DNA of 64,000 nt from a bacterium (GTDB lineage Bacteria; Actinomycetota; Coriobacteriia; Coriobacteriales; Eggerthellaceae), in contig CAVAIA010000054.1 in assembly GCA_963588595.1 (NCBI GenBank), positions 3,067-67,066 of the forward strand, read 5' to 3'. Both the position numbers and the translations under genes were made by a program. Positions 18,226-28,836 of this stretch are shown here, piece by piece; the stretch's first letter is position 1, and each line of letters begins with the position of its first letter. The notes under the pieces are model-generated. The model had not been told where the DNA came from. It saw only the letters and a program-made list of their open reading frames with translations, and did not search any database.

Positions 18226-20142
18226 CTAAAGTTGAGAGTCTTTTATTATGTCGATGAGTTTTTGTTGATCCCATGTTCCAAGATCGCCTTTTGAGCGTTC
18301 TCTCACAGAAATCGTTGAATTTTCGATTTCCTTGTCGCCGATGACGACCATGTAAGGGATTTTTTCAGCTTGAGCTTTAGCAATTTTTACTTTCATCGGT
18401 TCGTTTTCCTCGAAGTATTCAACTCTTCCTCCGACTTTGGTGATCTTTTCACCGAAGTCTTTCGCCGCTTCTTTATGGCGGTCGGTTATAGGAATAATTG
18501 CGACTTGAACAGGAGCGAGCCAAAGTGGAAAAGCCCCTGCGTAATGTTCGATTAGGATTCCTAAGAATCTCTCGATCGACCCAAAGATTGCTCGATGAAG
18601 CATCCAAGGTCTGGCTTCTGAGTTGTCAGAATCGCGGTAAGTCAAATCGAAACGTTCCGGCATATTAAAGTCAACTTGAACAGTTGAACATTGCCAAGTT
18701 CTTGACAGAGCATCCTTCACTTTTATGTCTATTTTTGGCCCATAAAATGCGCCATCACCCTCGTTAATGTCATATGCTAAGTTGTGGCGCGCGCAAGCTT
18801 CCTTTAAGGCATTAGTTGCATGCTCCCACATATCGTCTGTTCCGATAGATTTTTCTGGTCTAGTCGAAATTTCAGCTTCATATTCAAACCCAAAGGTAGT
18901 CATAATGTGATCCACAAGATCTAGTATGGCAACCACTTCATCTACAACTTGATCACGTGTACAAAAGACATGTGCGTCATCTTGCGTAAATCCGCGTGCA
19001 CGCAAAAGCCCATGGACAACTCCACTCATTTCATGGCGGTAAACGGTTCCGAACTCAAAATAGCGAAGTGGCAAATCACGATAGGAATGCAAGTTTGCCC
19101 TGTATAACATAACGTGCCCAGGGCAATTCATCGGCTTTACAGCATATTCAACTAAGTTCGGATCCTCGTCCGTTCCTTCGTTGATGTTGAAAAAATACAT
19201 GTTCTCTTTATAAAATCCATAATGTCCTGAGGTCTTCCAAACATCCGCGTTAAAGACATGAGGAGTGATAACTTCCTCATATCCTCGCTTGTAAAGATCG
19301 CGACGAAGCCATTCTTGCATAATGCGAATGACTCTAGCCCCCTTAGGAAGATAGAGAGGTAATCCCGCTCCCGCAAGAGGATCCATAGAATAGATGCCAA
19401 GCTCCTTGCCAAGTTTCCTGTGGTCGCGCTTTTTCGCTTCTTCGATCATTTCAAGATAGGAATCTAAATCCTTTTTTTTAAAGAATGCAGTTCCATAAAT
19501 TCTTGTTAGCATCTCGTTGTTCGAGTCGCCCTTCCAATAGGCTCCAGCGACTTTAGTTAACTTGAATGCGCCAATTCTTCCTGCGCGGTCAACGTGCGGC
19601 CCTCCGCAAAGGTCAACGAAATCGCCATGGCGCCTTATCATAATAGGTTCATTTTTGTCCAAGTCATCAATATGCTCAGCCTTTAACCTTTGATCTTTAA
19701 ATATTTCTTTTGCTTCATCGTAGCTAACGATTTCACGGATAAACGGTTCATCCTTCTTTATGATCTCTTTCATCTTTGCTTCAATTTTTTCGAAGTCTTC
19801 AATTCCAACTTGCTCAGGAATTGCGAAATCATAGAAAAAACCATCATCCGTTTGAGGGCCAAACCCGATTTGCGTTCCAGGATATAAAGTTTGGACAGCT
19901 TCTGCGAGAACATGAGCGCAAGAATGACGCAAAATTGGCAAAGCCTCATCGCTTTTTTCTGTTATAAGTTCAACTGAGTCTGAATCATGAACTTTATCAA
20001 CGAGGTCAGCGAGTTTTCCATTTAGCTTTCCGCAAATTGAAGCTCTTGCTAGACCCTCGCTTATTGACTTTGCAACATCAAAAATTGTTGAGTTATCCTC
20101 AACTTCTTTCTTTGATCCATCTGGTAGTTCTATCTCTATCAT
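18226..20142 (-). CDS. thrS: Threonine--tRNA ligase
   Basis: TGS N-terminal domain, editing-domain HSCAHVLA, class II core FTQDDAHVFC. Confidence 0.95.
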   Translation of the reverse strand: MIEIELPDGSKKEVEDNSTIFDVAKSISEGLARASICGKLNGKLADLVDKVHDSDSVELITEKSDEALPILRHSCAHVLAEAVQTLYPGTQIGFGPQTDDGFFYDFAIPEQVGIEDFEKIEAKMKEIIKKDEPFIREIVSYDEAKEIFKDQRLKAEHIDDLDKNEPIMIRRHGDFVDLCGGPHVDRAGRIGAFKLTKVAGAYWKGDSNNEMLTRIYGTAFFKKKDLDSYLEMIEEAKKRDHRKLGKELGIYSMDPLAGAGLPLYLPKGARVIRIMQEWLRRDLYKRGYEEVITPHVFNADVWKTSGHYGFYKENMYFFNINEGTDEDPNLVEYAVKPMNCPGHVMLYRANLHSYRDLPLRYFEFGTVYRHEMSGVVHGLLRARGFTQDDAHVFCTRDQVVDEVVAILDLVDHIMTTFGFEYEAEISTRPEKSIGTDDMWEHATNALKEACARHNLAYDINEGDGAFYGPKIDIKVKDALSRTWQCSTVQVDFNMPERFDLTYRDSDNSEARPWMLHRAIFGSIERFLGILIEHYAGAFPLWLAPVQVAIIPITDRHKEAAKDFGEKITKVGGRVEYFEENEPMKVKIAKAQAEKIPYMVVIGDKEIENSTISVRERSKGDLGTWDQQKLIDIIKDSQL

Positions 20143-20145
20143 TTT

Positions 20146-20823
20146 TTACCTTCTCGGCGTTGTCGTTTTATCATTTGCGTGAGATGAAGAGTGAGCAGTT
20201 GAAGAAGAAGATGCACCGCTTGAAGATAGGCTCCCTGCAGAACTTCCTTGAGACGCTTTTTCTTTGTTTGCTTCTGGCGCAGAATTTCTGCTCTTTGAAG
20301 TTCGAAGAGTTGATGACCTTCTGCCATTGTTCATTTGGTTTCTTGGATTAGAAGACGCGCTTGGCGTGTGAATCGCTTGTTGGTGTGCTTGAGGATTGGT
20401 GTTTGGAGTTGCACAATATGGACAAACAGCCCAGCCTGGCTCCAATGGTTTTTCACAATGTGAGCAAAGGTTTCTTAGCTTTGTTTGGCAATTTGGGCAT
20501 ATAACGTAAGTGTCTTTTACAGGATAGCCGCAAGTTGCGCATTCTCCATATTTTAAAAGTTCACGTTGCTTTAGCGCGACTTCCATCTCTTGTTCGTCGC
20601 GATCCATCGCTAACATCGGCGGACGAAGAAGAAGATAGGCAACAATTCCTGCGCCCGGGATAAGCGCGATTAGCATCCATTTAGCAGACGCAACGCCGCG
20701 CAAACGGGCATCTCTTCCAACCCAAACTATGCTAAGAGCATAAAGGGCAACTATTAGAAGGATGATTATTGTAAAAAGAAGCTGCATTTGCGGCGTCCAC
20801 AGCTGCCTCATTATTTCGCTCAT
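20146..20823 (-). CDS. Membrane protein: PLDc_N-like two-TM module + double zinc ribbon + Ser/Thr-rich tail
   Basis: VWVGRDARLRGV...WMLIALIPGAGIVAYLLLRP, then CATCGYPV..CPNC...CSHCEKPL...CPYC. Stops 3 nt before the thrS start. Confidence 0.65.
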   Translation of the reverse strand: MSEIMRQLWTPQMQLLFTIIILLIVALYALSIVWVGRDARLRGVASAKWMLIALIPGAGIVAYLLLRPPMLAMDRDEQEMEVALKQRELLKYGECATCGYPVKDTYVICPNCQTKLRNLCSHCEKPLEPGWAVCPYCATPNTNPQAHQQAIHTPSASSNPRNQMNNGRRSSTLRTSKSRNSAPEANKEKASQGSSAGSLSSSGASSSSTAHSSSHANDKTTTPRR

Positions 20824-20932
20824 TTTTATACCTCGAATCTAACGTTTAGTCTTGTTTACACATTGTTTAATAATACCATATGAGAAAGTGATTAAACAGG
20901 CTCTCCTTGTCAATGGTGAGATTGGCGTGATG

Positions 20933-23581
20933 CTAGTTTTGAAGCTCTTTGAGTTGTGTTCTAATTTTTTCTAGAATTTCGGAAAGCTCAGCAAAGTGGG
21001 ATTTGTCCTTTTCAATTATCTCAGGAGATGCTTTCGATAAAAACCCTTGATTAGAAAGCTTTTTCTCCAATTTTGCAACATCTTTTTCAACTGAGCCTGC
21101 TTTCTTTGTTAGGCGAGCAATTTCTGCATCTATGTCAACAATTCCTGCAATATCGACATAAATTTCACAAGATTTCGTCAGCAAGGCAGATGAACCTTTA
21201 GGCTTTTCAACTTGCTCTCCAACTTCAAGCAGCGATAAGTTCGCCATTTTCTTGATTAACTCAGCTTGTTCTTCTATTTGCTTAGAATCAACTTCGTTGG
21301 CTTTGACAAAAACTTTCAAGCTCTCCTTAGGAGAGATTGAATATCTAGCCCTAACGCTTCTTGCAGCTCCAACTATGCTTGTGACAAGCTCGATTTTGTT
21401 TTCAGCTGCTGAGTCTAAAAATTTCAAAAAATCCTCCGAAGAAGGCCACTCAGCGCAAATCATCATGTCCAATTTTTCTTTGCTTGGATTTAATTCTTCA
21501 TGAATTTCTTCGGTTATAAAAGGCATTATTGGATGTAAAAGTTTGCATGCGACTTCGAGGATGAACTTTAAGTTGCGCTGACAAGACTTACGATCAGCTT
21601 TGTCGTTGCTTTTATCAAGTCTCGTCTTCGAGAATTCTATGTACCAATCGCAAAACTCTGACCAAAAGAAGTGATAGAGCTTTTGAGTCACCTCAGCGAA
21701 CTCAAAGTTTTCATAAGCTTCATCTACTTCTTTAACAAGTTTTGCAAGGCGCGAGAAAATCCATTTGTCGGCAAGAGTTTCACAACTAATTTCACCCTCG
21801 CTAAACCCTTCTAAGTTCATTTTCACGAAGCGTGCAGCGTTTTTTATCTTATTAGCAAAGTTTCTCGCACCTTCAATTTTTCTTTCGTCAAAATTGACAG
21901 CTTGAGCGCCTGTCACCTGTGAGAGAAGTCCGAACCTCATTGCATCCGCTGAATATTTTTCCATCAAGTCAATTGGGTTGACGCCATTTCCGCGAGATTT
22001 ACTCATAGGCTTTCCATCGGAACCCATAACTGTTGGGTGAATAATAACTTTTTCAAAAGGGATTTTCCCAGTGCAATATTCTGACGCCATAACCATTCTT
22101 GCAACCCAAAGACCCATGATGTCTCTTGCCGTTGATAGAACTTGAGTGGGGTAGTATTTTTCAAGGTCGCTCTCGTCTTCTGTTGCCCACCCTTGCGTTG
22201 CAAATGGCCAAAGTTGAGAGGAGAACCAAGTGTCCAAAACATCTTCGTCTTGTCGCAACGCTGCCCCGCATTCGGGGCACTTATCTATGTCGTTTAAGCT
22301 TGCATCTTGCCATCCGCATTTATCACAATAAAACATAGGGATTCGATGTCCCCACCAAAGTTGTCTTGATATGCACCAATCTTTTAGGTTGTCCAGCCAA
22401 TCGAGATAGACTTGAGCCCATCTGTCAGGGTAAAACTTGATTTCGCCCGAAGAGACTGCGTTTCTAGCAGGTGCCTTGATTTTTTCCACGTCGACGAACC
22501 ATTGTTCGGAGAGCCAAGGCTCAAGAGTTGTGTGGCACCTATAACAATGCATAACGCTATGGTCAAGGTCTTCAATGTGATCAAGAAGCCCTAGCTTTTC
22601 AAATTCTTTGATGATTTCTTCTCTCGCTTTGTCTCTGTCCATCCCGCTAAAACGACCAAAACCTTCAACAACGTGGGCGGTCTCATCGAAGATGTTGACA
22701 ACCTCAAGGTTATGGCGCTGTCCCATAGCGAAGTCGTTTGGATCATGAGCAGGGGTTGTTTTAACGCAACCTGTTCCAAACTCGCTATCAACATAAAAGT
22801 CTTCGAAGATTGGAATTTCCCTGTTAACAATTGGAAGGATGACACTTTTACCAACCAAATTTTTATAACGTTCGTCCTTTGGAGAAACTGCAACTCCTGT
22901 GTCGCCAAGCATAGTTTCGGGGCGAGTTGTTGCAACAACTAGGTGATCAATCCCGTCAACTGGCTCTTTTAGAGGATATTTCATATACCAAAGATGGCTT
23001 GCTTCCTCAACATACTCAGCCTCATCATCTGCGATTGCTGTAGTGCAACTAGGACACCAATTCACAATTCTCTTGCCGCGATAGATTATTCCTTCTTTAT
23101 ACCAATCAACAAAAAGCTTTCTCACCGCGTGAGAAAAAGTTTCATTCATTGTGAATTGTTCATTTTCATAATCGCAAGAACAGCCCATTGATGCAATTTG
23201 GTTAACGATTGTCGTTCCATATTCCTCTCGCCATTCTTGGCATGCTTCGATGAAGGCGTCGCGGCCTATCTCACGGCGGTTGATTCCCTGCTCGGCGAGA
23301 TGTTTGTCAACTTTAGTTTGAGTCGCAATTCCCGCGTGATCGGTTCCCAAAACCCAGCGAGTTTGAAAGCCTCTCATCCTTGCGCGTCTTATGCATGCAT
23401 CTTGAATGGTGTCATTTAGCGCATGCCCCATATGCAAAACGCCAGTTATATTTGGAGGAGGAATTGTTATTGTGTAGGAGTCGCTTGCATTTTTCCCTTT
23501 CCCTTTGCTTCTCGAGAAGAGTCCAGCTTCCTTCCATGCGTTAAAAATTCTTTCTTCAGCTTGTTTTGCCTCATTGCTCAT
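20933..23581 (-). CDS. valS: Valine--tRNA ligase
   Basis: PPPNITGVLHMGHAL (HIGH) and KMSKS-like GKPMSKSRGN. C-terminal coiled coil. Confidence 0.95.
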   Translation of the reverse strand: MSNEAKQAEERIFNAWKEAGLFSRSKGKGKNASDSYTITIPPPNITGVLHMGHALNDTIQDACIRRARMRGFQTRWVLGTDHAGIATQTKVDKHLAEQGINRREIGRDAFIEACQEWREEYGTTIVNQIASMGCSCDYENEQFTMNETFSHAVRKLFVDWYKEGIIYRGKRIVNWCPSCTTAIADDEAEYVEEASHLWYMKYPLKEPVDGIDHLVVATTRPETMLGDTGVAVSPKDERYKNLVGKSVILPIVNREIPIFEDFYVDSEFGTGCVKTTPAHDPNDFAMGQRHNLEVVNIFDETAHVVEGFGRFSGMDRDKAREEIIKEFEKLGLLDHIEDLDHSVMHCYRCHTTLEPWLSEQWFVDVEKIKAPARNAVSSGEIKFYPDRWAQVYLDWLDNLKDWCISRQLWWGHRIPMFYCDKCGWQDASLNDIDKCPECGAALRQDEDVLDTWFSSQLWPFATQGWATEDESDLEKYYPTQVLSTARDIMGLWVARMVMASEYCTGKIPFEKVIIHPTVMGSDGKPMSKSRGNGVNPIDLMEKYSADAMRFGLLSQVTGAQAVNFDERKIEGARNFANKIKNAARFVKMNLEGFSEGEISCETLADKWIFSRLAKLVKEVDEAYENFEFAEVTQKLYHFFWSEFCDWYIEFSKTRLDKSNDKADRKSCQRNLKFILEVACKLLHPIMPFITEEIHEELNPSKEKLDMMICAEWPSSEDFLKFLDSAAENKIELVTSIVGAARSVRARYSISPKESLKVFVKANEVDSKQIEEQAELIKKMANLSLLEVGEQVEKPKGSSALLTKSCEIYVDIAGIVDIDAEIARLTKKAGSVEKDVAKLEKKLSNQGFLSKASPEIIEKDKSHFAELSEILEKIRTQLKELQN

Positions 23582-23614
23582 TTTTTAAATTCCCTTAATT
23601 ATTTTGATCTTTGG

Positions 23615-25111
23615 TTATTCGTTTACAGCTTTTTTATGGCTCGCAACTTTAGTGTTAGAAAAATCTTTTTCCTTGCTGCGGCTCTTTTTGATGATTTCTG
23701 GTTTCGTTTTGCCTTCAACGTCGCTCTTTTTGACTTCAATCGAAGTTGGAGTTTGCATCTCAGGAACCTCGAACATTGCATCAGACAAAACGCGCTCAAC
23801 GATAGCTCTAAGACCGCGGGCGCCAGTTTTTCTCTCTTTAGCTTCTTTTGCGATTTCCAAAATTGCATCGTCGTCAAAAGTCAACTCGCAAGATTCAATT
23901 TCAAATAATTTTTTGTATTGCTTTATAAGAGCGTTTTTAGGAACAGTTAAAACGTGAACTAGGTCATCAACTTCGAGCTCTTTTAGGGACGTTATAACAG
24001 GAATTCTTCCAACAAATTCTGGGATTAATCCATATTGTTGCAAATCTTCAGGGATGCACTCTTCTAGAAGTTCAGCTTCTCTCACCTCTGCTTTTTTAGC
24101 AACCTCGCTAGTGAAACCTAAACCTTGAGACCCAACGCGTTTAGATATTATGTCGGAAAGACCAACGAACGCGCCTCCAAGAATAAAAAGGATGTTAGAA
24201 GTGTCGATAGCAACAACTTCTTGACCAGGGTGTTTTCTGCCTCCTTGAGGAGGAACTGTCGCTTCGCAACCCTCAACAATTTTGAGAAGCCCTTGTTGAA
24301 CTCCTTCTCCTGAAACGTCTCTTGTTATAGAGGCGTTTTCTCCCTTTCTTGCAATTTTGTCAATTTCGTCGACGTAGATAATTCCTATTTGCGCTTCCTC
24401 AATGTCCCAATCACAAGAGATTAAAAGTTTGCGTAAAATGTTTTCAACATCATCTCCAACGTATCCTGCTTCCGTCAATGTTGTTGCATCCGCAATAGCG
24501 AATGGAACTTGAAGGATTTTTGCAAGCGTTTGAGCTAGAAGGGTTTTGCCACTCCCAGTTGGCCCAAGCAAAAGAACGTTTGACTTTTGAATCTCAACGT
24601 CATCATCTTTTGAATCGTCGAGGAAAAGGCGTTTGTAGTGGTTATAAACGGCAATCGCGAGTTGTTTTTTTGCATTCTCTTGACCAACGACATATTCACC
24701 TAAAGCGCTAAAAATTTCTTTTGGTTTTTTAAGAGAGCTTCGGTCTCGCTTAGGTTTTGTTTTCTTTGGATCCTCTTCTTCTTTTACAAGATTGTTTGCG
24801 CTCGAAATTCCAAATGTTTCATTTTCTTTTGTTTGGAAGGATGAAGCGTTGAATTCTTGAATTCTTTGATTTAAGAGTTCTTGAAACTTTTCTTCATTTT
24901 CAAAGAAAATGTCTTCTGAGCTTGCCTCTTGGCTTCCCTTCGCCTTGTTTAAGTTTTCTAAAGCTTTGTTGCAAGCTTCAATGCATTCATCGCATATGCA
25001 AACTTCCCCAGAAGAAAACATATTTTCGGCTTCGCTTGCGCTTTTCCCGCAAAAGGCGCAAATTTCATTGTTGCCATCATTGTTGTTTTCTCTAGAGTTT
25101 TTCTTTGTCAT
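23615..25111 (-). CDS. clpX: ATP-dependent Clp protease ATP-binding subunit ClpX (unusually long linker and C-terminal extension)
   Basis: Zinc-binding domain CAFCGK...CICDEC, Walker [12 protein letters not shown]-like loop region, sensor motifs. Confidence 0.95.
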   Translation of the reverse strand: MTKKNSRENNNDGNNEICAFCGKSASEAENMFSSGEVCICDECIEACNKALENLNKAKGSQEASSEDIFFENEEKFQELLNQRIQEFNASSFQTKENETFGISSANNLVKEEEDPKKTKPKRDRSSLKKPKEIFSALGEYVVGQENAKKQLAIAVYNHYKRLFLDDSKDDDVEIQKSNVLLLGPTGSGKTLLAQTLAKILQVPFAIADATTLTEAGYVGDDVENILRKLLISCDWDIEEAQIGIIYVDEIDKIARKGENASITRDVSGEGVQQGLLKIVEGCEATVPPQGGRKHPGQEVVAIDTSNILFILGGAFVGLSDIISKRVGSQGLGFTSEVAKKAEVREAELLEECIPEDLQQYGLIPEFVGRIPVITSLKELEVDDLVHVLTVPKNALIKQYKKLFEIESCELTFDDDAILEIAKEAKERKTGARGLRAIVERVLSDAMFEVPEMQTPTSIEVKKSDVEGKTKPEIIKKSRSKEKDFSNTKVASHKKAVNE

Positions 25112-25156
25112 CTTGTTTCCTGTTAAATGTTAAGGCGCAAAAGATATGTTCTAAAT

Positions 25157-25780
25157 TTACTTTGAAGCGCTTGTGTGGGTGCTTAAGACTTCGTCGATTA
25201 GTCCATATTCCTTTGCCTCATCCGCTGTCATCCAATTATCGCGCTCTGTGTCTTTTTGGATCGTTTCTATGTCTTTTCCTGTTTGCTTCGCGAGAATTTC
25301 ATTTAAGCGATTTCTTGTCTTTTTCATTTGCTCAGCCACAATCGCCATATCAGTCTCTTGAGTCCCATTTGGCACGCCGCCCATTGGTTGATGAATCAAA
25401 ACTTCTGAATTTGGAAGAGAATAACGTTTGCCCTTTGAGCCATTTGCAAGGATGACAGAGGCCATAGAAGCGCAGCAACCGATGCATATTGTTGACACGT
25501 CACATTTAATAAAGTTCATCGTGTCAAGGATTGCAAAGCCTGCAGTAACACTTCCTCCAGGTGAATTTATGTAAAGAGAAATGTCTTTATCTGGGTCATT
25601 GTTTTCGAGAAAGAGAAGTTGAGCAATGATTGTGTTTGCAACAGCAGAGTTGACTTCTTCTCCCAAAAAAACAATTCTGTCTTCTAAAAGTCGAGAATAA
25701 AGGTCGTAAGCCCGCTCTCCGCCGGGCTTTTGTTCGATTACATTTGGGACTAATACTGCGTTTGCGTGCGTTCCACTCAT
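25157..25780 (-). CDS. clpP: ATP-dependent Clp protease proteolytic subunit
   Basis: [20 protein letters not shown], active-site context [15 protein letters not shown]. Confidence 0.95.
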   Translation of the reverse strand: MSGTHANAVLVPNVIEQKPGGERAYDLYSRLLEDRIVFLGEEVNSAVANTIIAQLLFLENNDPDKDISLYINSPGGSVTAGFAILDTMNFIKCDVSTICIGCCASMASVILANGSKGKRYSLPNSEVLIHQPMGGVPNGTQETDMAIVAEQMKKTRNRLNEILAKQTGKDIETIQKDTERDNWMTADEAKEYGLIDEVLSTHTSASK

Positions 25781-25785
25781 TTTAA

Positions 25786-26949
25786 TTACTCACCCTTCTT
25801 TTCACTTTCTTTTTTTGATGAAGTTGTCTTTTTTGTCTTAGTTTTTGATGAGCTTTTCTTAGGCTCTTTCTTTTCGTCATTTAGATAGTCAAATTGATGC
25901 TTGGCTTTCTTGTCATCAACAGTAAACTTTGCGCTCTCGACGGCATTATCTAGAGCTTTTTCGCGAGAGATCGCTTCTCTAACGCGCCATAAGCTTCCAT
26001 TTTCTGCCCATTGTTTTTTAACTTTTTCTAAATCCTTTTCTTTAATTCCGCTCTTTTTAAATTCGTCGTCAACGTCTTTTTCCGTAACTTCGATTTTGTT
26101 GTGCTTTGCCCAAGCATCAATAGCAATCCTTGACTTTGCTTCGTCAAATGCTTGTTTTTTGACATCTTCGTAGAATTCGTCAGATGAGATGCCGTGGCTT
26201 TTAAGATATTGATCGAGCGTTGCTCCATATTGTTGAAGATTTTGAAACATATCATTTAATAGAAGACCATTTATGTAGTCGACCATAGATTCTGAAGGCT
26301 CGCATTTTAGGCGTTCTGCGAGTTTTAGTGAAACAACATCTTTCTTTTCTCGAGGAAGCGCATTTTTTTTCTCGTTTTCGACAAGACCTTTAATTGCTTC
26401 GTTAAGTTTTGCAAGTGATTCAAAACCCATTTTTTCTTTGACTAGTTTTTCAGTCAATTTCTCGTCTTCTTTTAGACCTGCATAAGTTTTATAAATGTTT
26501 ATTTGGTTTTCAATTTCTTCTTTTGTTGCTTCTGTTGATGGTAAATAAGCCTCAATAGGGTCATAATTCTTCAATTCAACAACAGGGCTAATCTCAATTT
26601 CAAATTGAACATGAAATGGTTTTTTGTCGACAACAAGTGTTTCATTTTCGTCTTGGTCAAATTTAGGATCGCCAACAGGGCGAAGATCTTCATCATTTAT
26701 TATTTTGTGGTACGCATCATTTACGATCTTCTCTGTTGCATCAAGATAAACTGTTTCTTTTCCAACAGCGCTGTCTATAACAGGACGTGGTGCTTTTCCT
26801 GCTCGAAATCCAGGGAATTTATATTTCTTTGCATACTTTTTATATTGTTTATTTAATTCGTCAGAAATTGATTTTGCATCAACATCTGCACTCAGTTTTA
26901 CATGTGTATCGTCAATTTTTTCGACTTTTGCTTTAAAATCCACGCCCAA
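25786..26949 (-). CDS. tig: Trigger factor (with K/S-rich C-terminal tail)
   Basis: Ribosome-binding motif [10 protein letters not shown] and position upstream of clpP-clpX. SD spacing favours the GTG at 26943 over the TTG at 26949. Confidence 0.85.
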   Translation of the reverse strand: MGVDFKAKVEKIDDTHVKLSADVDAKSISDELNKQYKKYAKKYKFPGFRAGKAPRPVIDSAVGKETVYLDATEKIVNDAYHKIINDEDLRPVGDPKFDQDENETLVVDKKPFHVQFEIEISPVVELKNYDPIEAYLPSTEATKEEIENQINIYKTYAGLKEDEKLTEKLVKEKMGFESLAKLNEAIKGLVENEKKNALPREKKDVVSLKLAERLKCEPSESMVDYINGLLLNDMFQNLQQYGATLDQYLKSHGISSDEFYEDVKKQAFDEAKSRIAIDAWAKHNKIEVTEKDVDDEFKKSGIKEKDLEKVKKQWAENGSLWRVREAISREKALDNAVESAKFTVDDKKAKHQFDYLNDEKKEPKKSSSKTKTKKTTSSKKESEKKGE

Positions 26950-27050
26950 TAACTCCTTTTTAGATTGTTAACTTAACTTTCGTTATGTTAACATATTTTA
27001 GGGTCTTTTGAGGTGTTAGTAAGCGTTTACAAGAGACCAAGCAATTTAAT

Positions 27051-27135
27051 GCGGGCGTGGTGGAATTGGCAGACACGCTAGATTTAGGTTCTAGTGGGGA
27101 GACCCGTGAAGGTTCAAGTCCTTTCGCCCGCACCA
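27051..27135 (+). tRNA. tRNA-Leu (anticodon UAG), long variable arm, encoded CCA
   Basis: Acceptor gcgggcg/cgcccgc. Anticodon stem ctaga/tctag with loop tt-TAG-gt. TPsiC ggttcaagtcc. Confidence 0.9.
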
Positions 27136-27182
27136 TTTTTTGCGCTTAACACCAAAGAAAATTTATAAGTGAAAGGTAGATC

Positions 27183-28580
27183 ATGGAAGAAGCAGTTGTA
27201 AAGAAAAATGTTTGGCAAAAGTGGATGGACATTCCACTTGTTTTGAGGATTGTGTGCGGAATTATAATTGGCGTTATACTTGCACTCACAGTTCCTCAAG
27301 CGGGTGAGTCATTGCAAGGTTTAAACGATTTTATTGAGCTTTTAGGAAAACTTTTCACAACATCCTTGAAGGCTATTGCGCCTATCCTTGTTTTCTTTTT
27401 AGTGACTTCGTCTATTATGAATGCGAAAACGGCGGGGAATTTAAAGACTGTCATCATTCTTTATTTAGTTGCGACAACGCTATCAGCTATCGCTGCAGTT
27501 ATTGCTTGTTCAATTTTCCCATTGCAATTTATTTGGCCTGAGTCGGTCACTCAAGTTGAGCAAACTAGCCCAGGCAGCGTTGGGGAAGTTTTCTCTAGCG
27601 TTATAGTTGGAATGGTTTCAAACCCTGTGCAAGCTCTTGCAGAGGGAAGCTTTTTGTCGATCCTATTTTGGGCTGCAATTATCGGCATTGCGTTGAGGCA
27701 TGCAAAGGGCGCGACGCGTAAATTTATGTCCGACATGGCAGATGCCAACACCACTGCTGTTAAATGGGTTATCAACATGGCTCCATTTGGAATTTTAGGT
27801 TTGGTCTACACGTCAGTCAGCGAAGCGGGCATGGAAATCTTCACATCATATGGAAAAATTGTGCTTTTGTTGGTTAGTTGCATGCTTATCATGACATTAA
27901 TAGTTAACCCAATCATCGTTTTTGTTTGCATTCGCAAAAACCCTTATCCGCTCCTTTGGAGAACAATAAAAGAGTCCTACATAACGGCATTCTTCACACG
28001 TTCTTCAGCTGCAAACATCCCTATGAACTTGACGTTGTGTGAAAAGCTTGGATTAGACGAGGGAAGTTATTCAGTGTCAATTCCATTGGGCGCAACGATC
28101 AACATGGGGGGTGCTGCAATCACCATCTCTGTTATGGCGATGTGTGCAGCAAACACTCTTGGCATTGAGGTTGAGCCTGCTCAAGCGGTTGTTCTTTGTA
28201 TAATCGGCGCGCTAGGCGCTTGTGGAGCGAGCGGAGTTGCGGGTGGATCTTTGCTCTTGATTCCTCTTGCATGTTCGTTGTTCGGAATTGGAAACGATGT
28301 TTCTATGAACGTTGTTGCTATTGGATTTATCATCGGCGTTATTCAAGACTCGTTCGAGACAGCTCAAAACTCTTCAACGGACGTTCTGTTCACTGCAACT
28401 GCTGATTATATGAATCAATTAAAACAAGGAAAAGAGATCTATCCAGGCGTGGACGCAAAAGACATTGAGAAGCTTAAAAAATCAAAAGAAGATAAAAAAG
28501 AAAGCGACATCGACGAGGCAAAGCACGTTGAAATAAAAGATGTCAAATTGAGTGTTGCTAAACCAGAAGATAAAGAGTAG
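27183..28580 (+). CDS. sstT: Dicarboxylate/amino acid:cation symporter, SstT-like serine/threonine transporter
   Basis: DAACS family pattern (AFFTRSSAANIPMNL, GATINMGGAAI, VIQDSFETAQNSSTD). Confidence 0.75.
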   Translation: MEEAVVKKNVWQKWMDIPLVLRIVCGIIIGVILALTVPQAGESLQGLNDFIELLGKLFTTSLKAIAPILVFFLVTSSIMNAKTAGNLKTVIILYLVATTLSAIAAVIACSIFPLQFIWPESVTQVEQTSPGSVGEVFSSVIVGMVSNPVQALAEGSFLSILFWAAIIGIALRHAKGATRKFMSDMADANTTAVKWVINMAPFGILGLVYTSVSEAGMEIFTSYGKIVLLLVSCMLIMTLIVNPIIVFVCIRKNPYPLLWRTIKESYITAFFTRSSAANIPMNLTLCEKLGLDEGSYSVSIPLGATINMGGAAITISVMAMCAANTLGIEVEPAQAVVLCIIGALGACGASGVAGGSLLLIPLACSLFGIGNDVSMNVVAIGFIIGVIQDSFETAQNSSTDVLFTATADYMNQLKQGKEIYPGVDAKDIEKLKKSKEDKKESDIDEAKHVEIKDVKLSVAKPEDKE

Positions 28581-28585
28581 ATCTT

Positions 28586-28816
28586 TTATGAAATTTCAGC
28601 GAACTCTGGCATCTCTTTAACGAGATCCAGAGTTTGCATTGCTAACTTCTCGTCAACGATTTCAATAGCAAATCCAGCATGAACTAGAACATAATCACCT
28701 ATCTTCGCGTTTTCAATCAAGTCAAGAGAGGCTGATCTTTTAACTCCCATGACGCTGACGGTTGCCATGTTGTCATCATCAAAAGTCTCAATTTTTGCTG
28801 GAATCGCTAAGCACAT
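28586..28816 (-). CDS. hypC: [NiFe]-hydrogenase maturation chaperone HypC/HybG/HupF family
   Basis: N-terminal MCLAIPAKI with the essential Cys2, and YVLVHAGFAI. Confidence 0.9.
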   Translation of the reverse strand: MCLAIPAKIETFDDDNMATVSVMGVKRSASLDLIENAKIGDYVLVHAGFAIEIVDEKLAMQTLDLVKEMPEFAEIS

Positions 28817-28836
28817 TTATTTTTTTCACTATTCCT

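Noticed and set aside
18202-23614. T-box leaders upstream of thrS and valS
   Set aside because: The intergenic gaps are 3, 33 and 109 nt, which is far too short for a T-box element of about 200 nt or more. I saw no specifier-loop or antiterminator pattern.
26977-27003. Inverted repeat TGTTAAC...GTTAACA upstream of tig
   Set aside because: The arms are short (7 nt) and AT-rich, and the 14-nt spacer lies in a generally AT-rich region. This is not distinguishable from chance without comparative data.
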